Positions 25,461 to 38,018 of a stretch of 64,000 bases of DNA are shown here, piece by piece; the first letter of the stretch is position 1; the number at the start of each line of letters is the position of its first letter. Made by a program: the position numbers and the translations under genes. The notes under the pieces were generated by a model, which searched no databases, was not told the DNA's origin, and saw only the letters and a program-made list of their open reading frames with translations. The stretch is from Podarcis melisellensis (lineage: Eukaryota), in NCBI GenBank assembly GCA_964234715.1, contig OZ174278.1. One strand, given 5' to 3'.

Positions 25461-26653
25461 TACTGCCACAATCCATGCAACAGTGAAAGGCTTGCAAATT
25501 GCTATTGTTATTTAGTGACCAAAGAGCAGGCTGTATTACATTTGATGTTGGTTGACCAAAATTGTTTTTTCAGGGAAATCAAAACCGTTTTAAAATGCAG
25601 TGACTCTTACATCTGCTATTTTGTTTAGCAGCAGGAGTTCTAACAAGCTGCTGGAATAGAGACAGCACCTTACACAAAGAATCCCCCATTCCCTGCTGCG
25701 AGCAGACGATTATTATTTTTTACGTTTTATTTTATGAATGACGTTTCCGGAGTTGCAACATTCTCAGGCCTTTTGCTTCTCTCTTGCCAACTTCCTTGAA
25801 TTCGGACACCTTCACAGTGGATCTTCATTAGCACAGCTTGACGTCCAAAACAGAGTTCAGTGATTTTCCACTTCTCCCTCTCTCACACCCTTGCCCCAGT
25901 TCATGCTGTGCGAATATTACCTGCCTTTTTAAGACAGAGTGTTTCTACAGATATTAGCACACTGAAGAACTAAACTTTCCATTCCTACAGCTCCACATGC
26001 CAGATCTCAACTGCAGGTCACCAAGAGATTTTATCATCTGCCTGCCCATGCAAAAACAACACTGAGCATTTCAGCTCTGTATAAGTTTACATCTTCAAAG
26101 TGCTAAGCAAACATTAATTAATCCTAACCACAGTCCTGCAGAGAAGGCAGTATCTATATCCCCATTTTACTTACATAGGAGGAAAGGAGCCTAGTCATAT
26201 GCAGATCCCTGTAATGACTGGCTAGCGAGCCAAGAACAAAACTCAGGCATCACTCCCAGCCTTTCGCTTTCTTGCAGTGCTCTAGTTTCAAGTTTCCCCT
26301 TTCCCCTTGATTTTTGATGGGCCTCCTGCCTGGCATCACTTTCTCCATACTCTAATCTCTCTTTTCTTTTCAATGTCTGCACAGACTCCTGCTTATTAAT
26401 TAAGAGTGACACAGAGATAAGTGCCTTGTCCTGCTACCCCCCAGTCTGGTGATCTGTTAAGCTCAGCATAGTCATTCTCCTGTCAATTAAAACAGCTTGC
26501 CCAGAATGGTTGGTCTTTTCTACCGCTATCTCTCGGCTTCTTCACATGATGCAACAATCCATGACATCATGGAGCTCTCTGTGTACATGAAGGCTCAATT
26601 GTTTATCATTCTTAAAAAGCATATAGGATAGCTATCAGTGCTACAGAGAATAA

Positions 26654-26880
26654 AGCCCCCATCTGCACTATATATTTAAGGCAGTATCGTACTACCATAA
26701 GCAGTCGTGTGAAACTGTAGAATCCCAGGAAGTGTAGTTTGGTAAGGGTTCTCAGAGTTCCCTGGGAAAAGGGATTCACCGTTAAACCACTCTGGGAATT
26801 GTAGCTCTGTGAGGAGAACAGTGGTCTCCTAACACTCCTCAACAAACTATAGTTCCCAGGATTCTTTGGGGAAAACATCA
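26654..26880. mobile_element. Palindrome-rich non-autonomous DNA element
   Basis: gcccccatctgcact start with gaatcccaggaagtgtagttt / aaactatagttcccaggattc fold-back. Relatives at about 36670-36840 and 48645-48855. Confidence 0.6.
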
Positions 26881-28396
26881 CATTAACAATATTCCAGCTG
26901 TTAATATGAAACCAACGCAGTATGGGCTATGTATGGAAAGTTATTACAAGTTGTGTGCCAAGATGAATAATGTCAGGCTTAACCTTGCATAACTTGGACC
27001 TAAAGATATATGCTGCACATCACCCTAAACTGTATTGTTATAAATAGTACTATTAACCACCGCTTGATAATACTATAGGTGTGTATAAGTAGCACATACT
27101 TGTTTGGCTTAATATCTAAACAGTGTGCCAATCACACACACACACACACACAGATATTCCTGTCTTTTTATAGCAGTTAGTTATTAATGAATACATTTCA
27201 TGCTCCAGGACATTTTTGCCAATGGCAGGTATGGGCTAGAATGGATCCAGGAGTTCATTGGATTTCTAGTTTGCCATCCAAAAATGGAACAAACACTGCA
27301 TCATTGAGGGAGTTGTTATTTTAATGTGGATTCCCGGACTATTCAATCAATTTCAACTGCATTCAGTGGGACTTCCCAAAATTGTCTCATTGTTTTATTT
27401 CATATGCTGGCTAGCCTAGCAGATTCTTGAATCCAGACATGTATTTCAATATTTTTGGCACAATTTTGTTTTGTAGCTTTGTCGTAGATATTATGGCATG
27501 ATATTTTCTGCAGTCTGCTAACAAAATTTGCAATGATTAGTCTCCCAGAGAGACTCTTCATTAATGAACTATAATTCATTATTTTGCCAGATCTGTTAGG
27601 CTTAGGGATGAGAAAGACATTCAGTATTGTTTTGTATTTAAATGTGAACTCACCTCATTTGCACTTTCTGCAACAATATATGAGCCAAAATACAGCTATA
27701 CTTCCAAATATACCCTTCTCATTTTATGGTGCAGTACATCAACCAAAAAATTACAGACTAGAGGGGAATGTGCATAAAAATTCATATTAGCAAAAATATC
27801 ATTATAATGCTTTATAGGAGGGGAAATTGCTTCAAAAAATGTATGTATTAGACAAAAATGTATAAAACACATACTAAGAGGCTGATGAATTTTCATGAGA
27901 ACAAAAAATAAAAAAAATTGAATTCACACCATGACCTGGGGATGTGGTGAATGAAAGGTTAAGAAACTGATAATTGACAGATGGGGACCATCCTTAGAAT
28001 GGCCACCCTGAGTTGTAACAGATACAATTTTGGTGGACTGCTACTTTTCATGTGTATGTGTCAAATTTCATTAAGTCTTTGTTTCTCTCTATATCAGCAC
28101 TGCTTCAGTGTTTTAAAAGGATGTAGACATATGGCAGGGTCTCAAAAATATCACATGCAAAGATAGGAGGGAAAACGTTTACCCTCTTTAGCACCCAATT
28201 TTACATCCTGCAGTTAACGTTCATTGAATTGGTTTTTGACTTCAAAACATATGAGCCATATAAAGCAGTGCTTTTTGATAACGAGTTCCGATAACAAGTT
28301 TATGATTACTTCTGAATAGCAGTAACACCCATAAAGGAAAAGTCATTGGAAAGTCATTTTTGTAGACATGAAATTAAGAGTACTGCAAATACAGTA

Positions 28397-28574
28397 CAGT
28401 GGTACCTCGAGTTAAGTACTTAATTTGTTCCGGAGGTCCGTTCTTAACCTGAAACTGTTCTTAACTTGAAACACCACTTTAGCTAAAGGGGCCTCCTGCT
28501 GCTGCCGTGCCGCCGGAGCACGATTTCTGTTCTCATCCTGAAGCAAAGTTCTTAACCCGAGGCACTATTTCTGG
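28397..28574 (+). mobile_element. Tc1/mariner MITE, copy 4 (right end deleted)
   Basis: TA|cagtggtacctc start; internal similarity to copies 2, 3 and 5; no right TIR. Confidence 0.85.
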
Positions 28575-29394
28575 TGGAGAACTACCTAAGCAGATTCACT
28601 GGAATGCTTTGTTTCATTAAATCTGGGGCACTTTCCCCTCCTCTCCCTTAAGCTCACAGGTTTCCATTCATAGAATAGGAGAGTTGAAAGGGACCCCAAG
28701 GGTCCTGTAGTCCAACCCCCAGCAATGCAGGCATTACATTTGCATTAGACACCTCTTACACCAGTTTCATTGGTCTGTGCATTCATTCCTGAGACTAGTC
28801 TTCACATCAAGATTTCATGCACATCGGAAAGGCATCTATTTTCTTCTGCACTGCCTGTCAGCTGCAATCTCAGTTGCAACTTCAGACTAGACTATATATA
28901 GTATCCGTGGGGACACACAAATATCACTGGATCCACAATGCCCAAAAGTTTTAGTAATTGTTACAACAACCTTTAAAGATCAGAAAATATCATTATCCCC
29001 ATTTTGCAGATGGAGAGGATAGCTGAGGCAGAAGTTTGGCTGGTCTACCCGGGGAGTTTGCTATTAAGGTGACAATTGAACTGGGGGGTTAATGAAGACA
29101 ATCCTCTTACAGCACAATCCAGTGCATGTTTACCCAGAAGTAAATGCCACTGTGTACAACAGAGCTTACTTCTAGGTAAGTGTGCATAAGAACGCAGCCA
29201 TTATCTATAATGCTATAATGACCTAAAAATCTATGGTGTTTTAGTGCACACCTGCCCTTGTATCTAATTCTACACATATACCGGTATGCCAGCACTAGTT
29301 GGTAGGATCAAGCTCTTTCAGTTGCAATCCATCCAATTCCACACCCTCCCACTTCTATTCCCCACTAGTTCCCCAACATTACATTCTGCTGTGG

Positions 29395-29447
29395 CTAATA
29401 TCCAACTCAGGATGGTTGTTCCTAATATCCAACTCAGGATGGTTGTT
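29395..29447. repeat. Perfect 26-bp tandem duplication (period 27)
   Basis: ctaatatccaactcaggatggttgtt occurs twice. Confidence 0.95.
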
Positions 29448-30773
29448 TGTCTGCTTAACCTTCTGTGTTTATAGCTTTGTTGATAATCTCAAAGCTATCA
29501 CTTTCTCTACTTTACACAGTCAGCCAATCCCCAGTAGTCTTAGTCATAGGACTCTCCCCTTGGTCTCCAAACTCAAGACTAGCTGCCCTTACATAACAAA
29601 CAAACAATGAAGTAGATATTTTATGCTGGAGGAATTAAGGCACAATGAGTTGTCCAGGCCCACCAGGAATTTCACCCTTCAGACCACAGTGTTTTGAATT
29701 TTTATGTGTTATGTGAAGGCCACAACAAGGTCTGTATTTCAGCCAGAAGTCATCAGTGGCTGAGCATCCCCTGGCAAGATACACAAAACAAAATTGATGA
29801 AATGGATCCCAGTCCAGAGAAGGTTAACCATGACTAAGTCCCACAGGCATCAGTTGGGTTTCAGTTGGTTGCAACAGATAATTTGACCACTAATTTCAGT
29901 GAGACTTGAGCATTATTAACTTCATCCAGATTGGAGCCATTGCCTCTGAGCACAGCAGCTCCTCAGGGTGGGGTGAGTGGCAAGGCATCCATGATATATG
30001 GAGTGGTATATTACCCTTGTCACACTTTCGGAAATCAACCACTAGCCATAGCTCTCCAAACCAGGAGATTCCTAGAACATAGGATTATTCCACACATGGC
30101 ATCGTCCTTGCAAATCTGTATATCACCATGTATCTCAATTTCCTTGCAGTCCTGGGGTCTTTCATCTTGAGCTATTTATTTCACCATGGAAATGTGCAGC
30201 TGTTGGCATTTGCCCTTAAAGTAAGCAAATTGCCATATGGTTGTGCAGGTGTCACAGTCACCTTGAACGACTGCCTGTGACATGAATAATGCCACATTGG
30301 CCATCTTACTGATAGAAGAGGAGTTTTCCAGTTAAAGCAACTACCTAGAGGAATGGTGGATTTTCTTCCTCTGAAGGTCTTCAAGCTGGACTGTCATCTC
30401 TATGGGGTGATATAACTCCGGATTTCCTGCAGCAAGCAGCAGGTGACATTGGCTCTCCTACAAGGCCCTCCAACCTTTTGATTTAAGCAACACCACTCTC
30501 TCCCCATGCTAGTTCCATTTTTATGTTATTTATTATTAGTAAAACTTTGGAGCTGAGCATCCTTGCCGCTGTCCCCAGCAGACACACACACACAAATTGC
30601 AACTTTCATGCAGGGGTCTGTTCACCTATATACTAAAAAGCAGCAAAGCCCCACCACTTTGCAAACGTTCTTTTCTTCTTCTTGCAGCACAATTCAATGC
30701 AAGCTTACTCAGAAGTAGACTCTGTACAACGTGCTCCTTAGAAATAGTGTTTGGCATTTCTAAGTAGCCACAG

Positions 30774-31177
30774 TGTCAGGAAATTGCCATCGGAAGAACA
30801 GGTGGCGGTAGGGCTCCAGGAGAATAGGAGAAACTCTGCAGCAGAAGAGGGAACCAGTAGGGGGGGAGCAGGAGCTCCAAGGGGAAGGGAATCGGAGGAG
30901 AGGCTCTGGGACACTTCCAGTGAGAACAGCGAAGAGGTATCAAGGCCCCCTTTAGGAACCCCCACCCCTCGCCGGAAACTGTCACGCAGGGAATCCAGGA
31001 GACGTGTTTCCGGCAGCTTTTATGCTGGAAGCGTTTCCGCAGGCGCCCACTGACGGATTCTACCAGCGACTGACGGAGCCATGTCAAAGGGTTCCGCTCA
31101 AGGCAGAGCTTTGCTACGCTGAGCAAGCTCTGAGGGACCAACCCTTTTACGCACAAGTAGCTCATTGTCCCATCACA
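30774..31177 (+). mobile_element. Solo LTR (Gypsy-type), 404 bp
   Basis: TGTCAGG...ATCACA termini; perfect 5-bp TSD CACAG (30769-30773 / 31178-31182); CpG-rich, suggesting it is young. Confidence 0.8.
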
Positions 31178-34100
31178 CACAGTTATATGAAGTGTGTGCC
31201 TCCTCTCCATTTTTAAAAATACATATATCATAACAAAGTCTGTTTGAATATTGTGGATTTTGGCTTTATACTTTGTTGGTTTTTTATTTCTAGGTTGCTT
31301 CCAGATAACCTGCTTAATGTGTACCCATCCTGATTTGTTTGTGGCGAGATTAAACAATGCTGTATCAAGCATGTATTGTGTTGGCCTACACTTTCCCACC
31401 ACTTTCCTTATTGCAAAAAGTCCAATCATTCATGGAAGCAGGTTTGTTTTGCAACAACTCCCAATCCATAATCTAAATATGCCAGTATGTGAGCAAATGC
31501 CATTAAAAATAATGACAACATCCATCTGCCAATCTATCTATCCACACATACACAATGTGGTGGGGCAAACCACACATCTCTTCTGTGAAAGAAATCTTGT
31601 GAGAATATTGCCCAGAGGCTAAAGAAAAAGAAGAACCATGGGTGATATGTTCACTAGCTAAGCCCTTCTGAAATATTTTGGAGATAGGAAAGTTCTTCCT
31701 CACTATGGAGGTATGGAGGCAGCAATTTCTGTCCCATTCTGTGTACCTCACAATCAGCACTTGTTTCATCTCTCCACAATTTGGCTTCTGCTAAAACCTT
31801 CCTTTTTTGTATTTCTAACTGCTGTGGACAAAACTAACATAATAAATTATGAAATTCATTTCAATGCATATCAGTGGAAGGGAAACATCAATAACAGTTA
31901 TAGCGAATCCTGCTACATGATTGCTTACATGATTTCCATTCCTGACCTTGGGTGAACATGCGAATTGGGGCCATTTCTGCCCCTGTGTCCATTTATTGAA
32001 TTCTCTGACATCCCTACTCTTCACACACTTATCTTGAAACACACCCAAAGCATAAATACTCTACATTTAAAAAAACAACAGGGTTGTACCTTGGCATGGC
32101 TTTTAATTGAAAGAGAGACATTCAATCCCTTTGTATTTTTAAGAGAAGCCTTCCCAGTTCACGAGGCTAAACACACCCCTGTGCTAAGCACATAAAAAAT
32201 ATGAAAATGTTTGCATTCATTTAACACATACGCTAAATACAAAGAAACCCATGGAATGAATTACTGTTTATGTACACAAAGGAAAGGGAATGATTAACAA
32301 TTGGCTGAAATAAACTTTGGGGTAGATTGTTAAAGCTTCAGCATGGGGCCTACACAAAATCTATGGCTGGTGCTCCTATCACTCATGACCACGGCTCATT
32401 GCCGGCTCTCAGTTTGGGAAAGCCTTTGGTCCTTTGGGCAAGGCCCCTTTTGACGCAGGCCTACCTCCTCCTTGCTGCCATTGTCACCTGCTGTTGCTCT
32501 CCTTGCCAATGCTGCCTTCTTGTTTGCCAAGGAGAAAACTAGCGAGCTAGTGAGCAGTGGCTGCTCCCTCCTCCTTAATGCACTTGTTCATCCTCTCTGG
32601 AACAACAAAGGAGAAAGCAGCAACAGTGAGGAGAAGGAGCAGAAGCTAATGGGGTCTTTGCAGTGTGACATCTCTTCAAACCGCTGGATACCAGCAGGTG
32701 CCTAAAAATACGTCAATCTCTGACACCAGCCTTGCCTCAGTCAAGAGAACTGCAGGTGCTCAAATTCACAGACAACACATGCAAACACTGACTGGCCAAT
32801 TCATTTCAAAGGAAGAACCTGAACAATATGTGCGTATTTTTATGCATAACATATTTATGGATGCTGCTTCTGAAAGCAGTGAATCAGAGTCCAAACCAAA
32901 TCTTGTAACACGCACATGCACACACACACATACACGTGTGTTGAATTGTATTTTTTTAGAATTTTTTTTATCTATTTAAATGTGATTTTTTTTGGGGGGG
33001 GGTTAAAAAGAAAAGAAAAGAAAACAGTACAGCTTAATGCAGAAACAGGAAGGAATGGACTTATGATTGAACACTTCCAAAAGTGTCACTGACCAGAAAC
33101 AGACTGATTCATCCATTCCCATTTCCAATCAAAAAGAAATTCTGTTTACACATTCAACTGGAGTCTATAGCTTTCCTCCCTCCTTCTAAGAATTAGTACA
33201 GCTTTGGAGATCCATTAATATAACTGAGCTTGACAAATGTCCTAGGACAAAACTCTTTTTAAAAAATCAGCTTGTCTTCTAGCAAAAATTTCATGATCCA
33301 TTTCTAGATTATTCTTACATATATATTTTTCTCACCAATCTATGTATGTGGTCAATTTATAGTTTAAAATACTTTTTCACACGCACACCCATACAGTATA
33401 TGTTTTCCACTGAAGTCTGTGCTTTTTCCGAGACCCACCCAAATTCCAGTACTTGGCTGGTGAATGTGCCAAGTTTTCTTGCTCTCTATGCAACGAATGG
33501 AAAAAAAATGCCCCCCTTTTTTCCATTTCTGCACATTCTTGGAGAAAGGAAGGAAAGTGCTCCAGAGGAATTTGGTCCTACCTGTTGTTTCAAATGTGAA
33601 ACATGAAAGCGTCTCAGAGCAAGTAGCCTGGTGCCTGCAAGTGAAACTGTGTTCTACAAGAATCACTGAAATTGAGTATGATTTCCAGAAAGAAGCAGAG
33701 GAGAGTGACCATGTTTCAAAAGAATTATAAAACAAGAAGAATGCAAGATCCCATGATTCTTTGTTCCAGTTCAATACTATGTCAATGAGTCCCTTCAATT
33801 CATTGATGTTTTATGAGGGAGGTGAAAACATCAAAGCGCAACAGGGAAAACTATTGAGTTTTCCATAATGAAATGATAGCTTTCAGCTGCAGCTTCACAT
33901 CCTTTATTTAATGAAAAGCAAGTTAATAGATTTCAGCATTTCATGAAAGGCAGAGAGTTTGGCTGTCTTCTCCTTATGCTTGAAGCATAGGAGACAAGGG
34001 ATAAATTTGTGGAAGCTGAGTTGAAGGAGCCCACATACTGGCACTGTTTTCAGATGATAACTCTCCCTTTACCTCCTGAATGGCTTTGACTTTCCAGACC

Positions 34101-34199
34101 AGCATGCTTGACGAGTGACCAGCTCACTGACAATGATGCTTTCCCTTCTCTGCATGGACATTGCCTGCTGCTGGATGCTAGCTTGCATTGTGAGCTTAC

Positions 34200-34328
34200 C
34201 TAAATCTCTTTCTCACTTCTTGAAGATGCAGCCAGCATGTCAGGGTAAGATAACAAAGAAATAGCCCCAGAGGCTTCCAGCACTGCTCTAACCCATACTT
34301 CCCCCTATTTTCAAAGTCCAGAAGCCTT
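34200..34328 (-). other. Candidate non-coding 5'UTR exon of KCNJ15
   Basis: Minus-strand acceptor cattttagctacAG| and strong donor ttAG|GTAAGC, bounding 129 nt of non-repeat sequence. Confidence 0.35.
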
Positions 34329-34873
34329 CTGTAGCTAAAATGACACCCACTTGAGGGAGTTATCAGCCCACAAGAGGGAACCCCAAAGTTTGCTGGAGTA
34401 CAGCTTTATTTGGGTGCGGGGCATCTCTATGAGGATTGAGCATGATCAATAGCCACATAATGCTGACCAGCTCTTGGTTGGAGGGAGAGATGGAATGCAA
34501 ATAAGCCTGCAGTCCTATCTGGCTGTAGGCCCCATTAAATTCAATAGGTCTTACTTCCACTCAAAGCAGGAAACATGCTTCAGAGCAAATAGAAAAAGCT
34601 GGCTGGAGGTGCCAGGGGATAAATGGAGCATATTTATAGCTGACCTTGAAGTTCTCGCTTAGATTAGGACAGGTGTAGCATTTTTTTCCAGGACAGAGAG
34701 AACATAGAATCAAGTGCAGGAATACCAGAAAAGACAGTTAGGCTATAGGGAGAGTAATAGGTTGGGGACAAATCATGGCTTAGGGTAGAGAGGGGACACA
34801 CACATGGCTGCAAGCCTATCAAAGAAACAAGGCTGAGGAAAACAGACAGAGAGTGAGAGGCAAAACAACTTAC

Positions 34874-34931
34874 ACTCAGCAAAACGTGCGCCCAGCTAAC
34901 CAGCAGCCTCTTCCTGCTTCTTTTTCAGGGG
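34874..34931 (-). other. Candidate non-coding 5'UTR exon of KCNJ15
   Basis: Minus-strand acceptor ttccctctcccccatccaccAG| and donor gagt|GTAAGT; 58 nt. Confidence 0.35.
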
Positions 34932-36342
34932 CTGGTGGATGGGGGAGAGGGAAATAGCAGCAAATGCTGTCAGAGCCATCAAATAAAATTACTTCCACCA
35001 GGTCTTATTCTACATCCTAAGAAGAGTTGAGTCATCCTTTTGCTCTATTTTGTGTTATACTACTGCTACTCTGTGTACGGTGATGCTTCCTAAAGAGCTG
35101 CAGATTGTTGCCATAGGAGGCAGGAATACCTCTTTGACCTCCCAGTCTATGTGCAGATGGAGTCAGTGTGTTTATTCCCTCTTCTGAGCCGCATAACAGA
35201 GTGTGCCCCCTCCCCTGCATATCTGGTGTTGGGTAGGACTGCTGACCAATTTGGGGCCAGGGACAGCAGGCTCCTGCACATCTCAGAAATGTAAGGCTTC
35301 CCCTAAGGAAGTTTTGCTAGCCTTCTGTGATAATATGCAGCATCTTCTTCGCTTTTCTCGCTCCACTTTGTCTTCCAGAGCCCAAAACAAGGCAGCAATG
35401 CCAACTACGTGTTCCTGCTGTTGTTTTAGTTCAAACTGTGCCCATCTAGTTCAGCTTAGCTCTGATTAATGTAATGGGAAGGAGGGGTGGCGTCTCTATA
35501 ACAGCAGAGACCCCCCCCCCATTCTATGCTGCAGATACAATTCAAATCACCCTTGCCTGTGGTTGTGTGTCAGTGAAGGGCTTGGTTCCAATTATTGCAG
35601 AGTTAAATGCATGCTTAACTGTCCTGAAGCATGTGAGCAACATCTAAAAATTAGAGAAAACAATGGAGTCCAGCACAGCCAAAATCCCTTCCATGGAATG
35701 CTCATCAAAGAACCTTCAGAATGCTTTTAGAAACATAATTTGGGGATTAGGTGGTAGCTGACTATCCTTGGTTATGGAAAGTTTTGCAATGCTACATTTC
35801 AAAAGAAGACAGATGAAAACCTCTGCATTATCAATTGCACATAACTTCAGCAAAATGAGGTGGTGTGGTGCTTGTTTATTTACATTTCATGCTATCTTAT
35901 CTTTATTACTGTTCTTTTACAGTCCTGTCTCTGCTCAAAAGTTCAACAATCTTGAGAACGTCAAACACTGAGTCCTGAAACGATTGTGCTAAATAATGTA
36001 GGACTGTTCACTGTCGCTGAGCAGATTTCTATAACCAGATCCAGGCAATGGTAATGTGACAATCAGAACACATAACTGTGTGTTTCATTGACTTTTCCAG
36101 GACTAAAGGAAGGTGGGAACTTACTATGGTGTTTTCCAAGTCACCTGTTGCAACAGAACAACAAATATTAGCCTTTGCCAAATACTTCAGTTATGTACTA
36201 AGGCTGATGATGGATATCAGCTGAGTTGAGACTGGTGGGAACAGAACATAAACACTGATATGGCAGTGCAGTTGTGGAAAATAAGCATACAAGAAATGGC
36301 CATTAAGATTCTACAAATGATTTCTAAACCTAAATTCAAATA

Positions 36343-36584
36343 CAGTGGTACCTCGGGTTAAGTACTTAATTCATTCTGGAGGTCCGTTCTTAACCTGAAA
36401 CTGTTCTTAACCTGAAGCACCACTTTAGATAATGGGGCCTCCTGCTGCTGCCGTGCCGCCAGAGCACGATTTCTGTTCTCATCCTGAAGCGAAGTTCTTT
36501 ACCCGAGGTACTATTTCTCAGTTAGCGGAGTCTGTAACCTGAAGCAAATGTAACCTGAAGCGTATGTAACCCAAGGTACCACTG
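36343..36584 (+). mobile_element. Tc1/mariner MITE, copy 5
   Basis: TA|cagtggtacctc...aaggtaccactg|TA. Confidence 0.9.
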
Positions 36585-37769
36585 TACATAAGATGAATTT
36601 GATAACTACAGTACCACAGTGGTGTTGTTCTCACACACTGTATGTGGTTCTTGATTGGGCAGCATAGGATTTCTGACTGTCCACACCATACATTTACAGC
36701 ACATGGCTTCCCCAAAGAATCCTGGGGGTTCAGGGTGCTGGGAATTGTACCTTTGTGACATAGCTACACTTCCCAGAATTATTTGGTGAGAGCTATGTGC
36801 CTTACATGTGCTTTAAAAGTATGGTGTGGATGTGACCTTCTGCTGTCCCATGTGTTTGTCTAATAGGGCATGCCTACAAGTATGATGCATGGGCAGAATC
36901 CAGCCAAATTTAAATCCCCTTGGTGTCCATCAGAGTAAGCAGGAAAATATCATAGAAAGAAACCCCAAATGGGAAGACTAAAGGATGTGGCTGGGCCATG
37001 GAGTTCTGGCAGTGTGAAGGGAGACGACAGGTGCAAGTCCTCACTTAGGCTAAGAGGGTGAAAGGAAGCAAGCAGCCTGCTTGTCCTTATTGGGGGGAGT
37101 AAAACAGGGGCCAGGAGTTGCATGCTATAACCATGCAGCCCTGTCCCAATTCTGCCTCCTCCAGGATCCTTTAAGGTATGAGGGGGCCTGTCACCTTCAA
37201 TCACTCATTTTGGGTAGTTAATGGGATAGTAGTGCTTCCACCCATTCAAAGAAACCTTCCAAAGGACTCTTGGAACTGCAAAGGGTGCAGAGGCCTTCAG
37301 AGATGACAGCATCCTGAAGTGGGAAGAAGTTATGGTTGGAGATGTACAAATCATTTCTCCCCCCCCCCCCATGCTTTACCACTCTGGTTTGGGACTAGGT
37401 AAGGAGCTTAGCTCTTCAAATCTGAGTTGTTCAACAGAAAAGTTTCAATACGGTCAGGGCAGAGCTTAATTCTTTCCCAACCCTGAACCTGGGTGGTGTA
37501 GCTATGATCTAACAGAAGAAGGAAATGGATGAAAGGATGAAAGATGAGTGGCACACATCTCCAACTCCAGTCCTCCTCTCCCTGCAATCCTCTAAACTCT
37601 TAGGGGTTGTCTGCCCCCTTCTTCACTTCAAAAGGTCCTCTGTGAATGGTTAATGGAGACTGAAGTGGAAAGCACTTTCTCCAGCACAAATTAACCTTCC
37701 TCCCACAAGCTGTGACAGAGGAAGCTGTCTTATGCCAAGTCAGACTCTCAGTCCATCTAGCTCAGTATC

Positions 37770-38018
37770 CAGGGGTCAGCAAACTTTTTCAGCAGGAGGT
37801 CGGTCCACTGTCCCTCAGACCTTGTGGGGAGCAGGACTATATTTTGAAGAAAAAATGAACAAATTCCTATGCCCCACAAATAACCCAGAGATGCATTTTA
37901 AATAAAAGCACACATTCTACTCATGTAAAAACACGCTGATTCACGGACCGTCCGCAGGATGGATTTTGAAGACGATTGGGCCAAATCCGACCCCTGGGCC
38001 TTAGTTTGCCTACCCATG
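37770..38018. mobile_element. hAT MITE inserted in a CR1-derived fragment (about 37720-38140)
   Basis: caggggtcagcaaact / agtttgcctacccatg TIRs interrupt the ctcagta...gtctacactga sequence seen intact at 21263 and 53740. Confidence 0.8.

Noticed and set aside
30776-31429. 217-aa minus-strand ORF
   Set aside because: It spans the LTR boundary into flanking DNA, lacks an ATG start and has no recognisable motifs.
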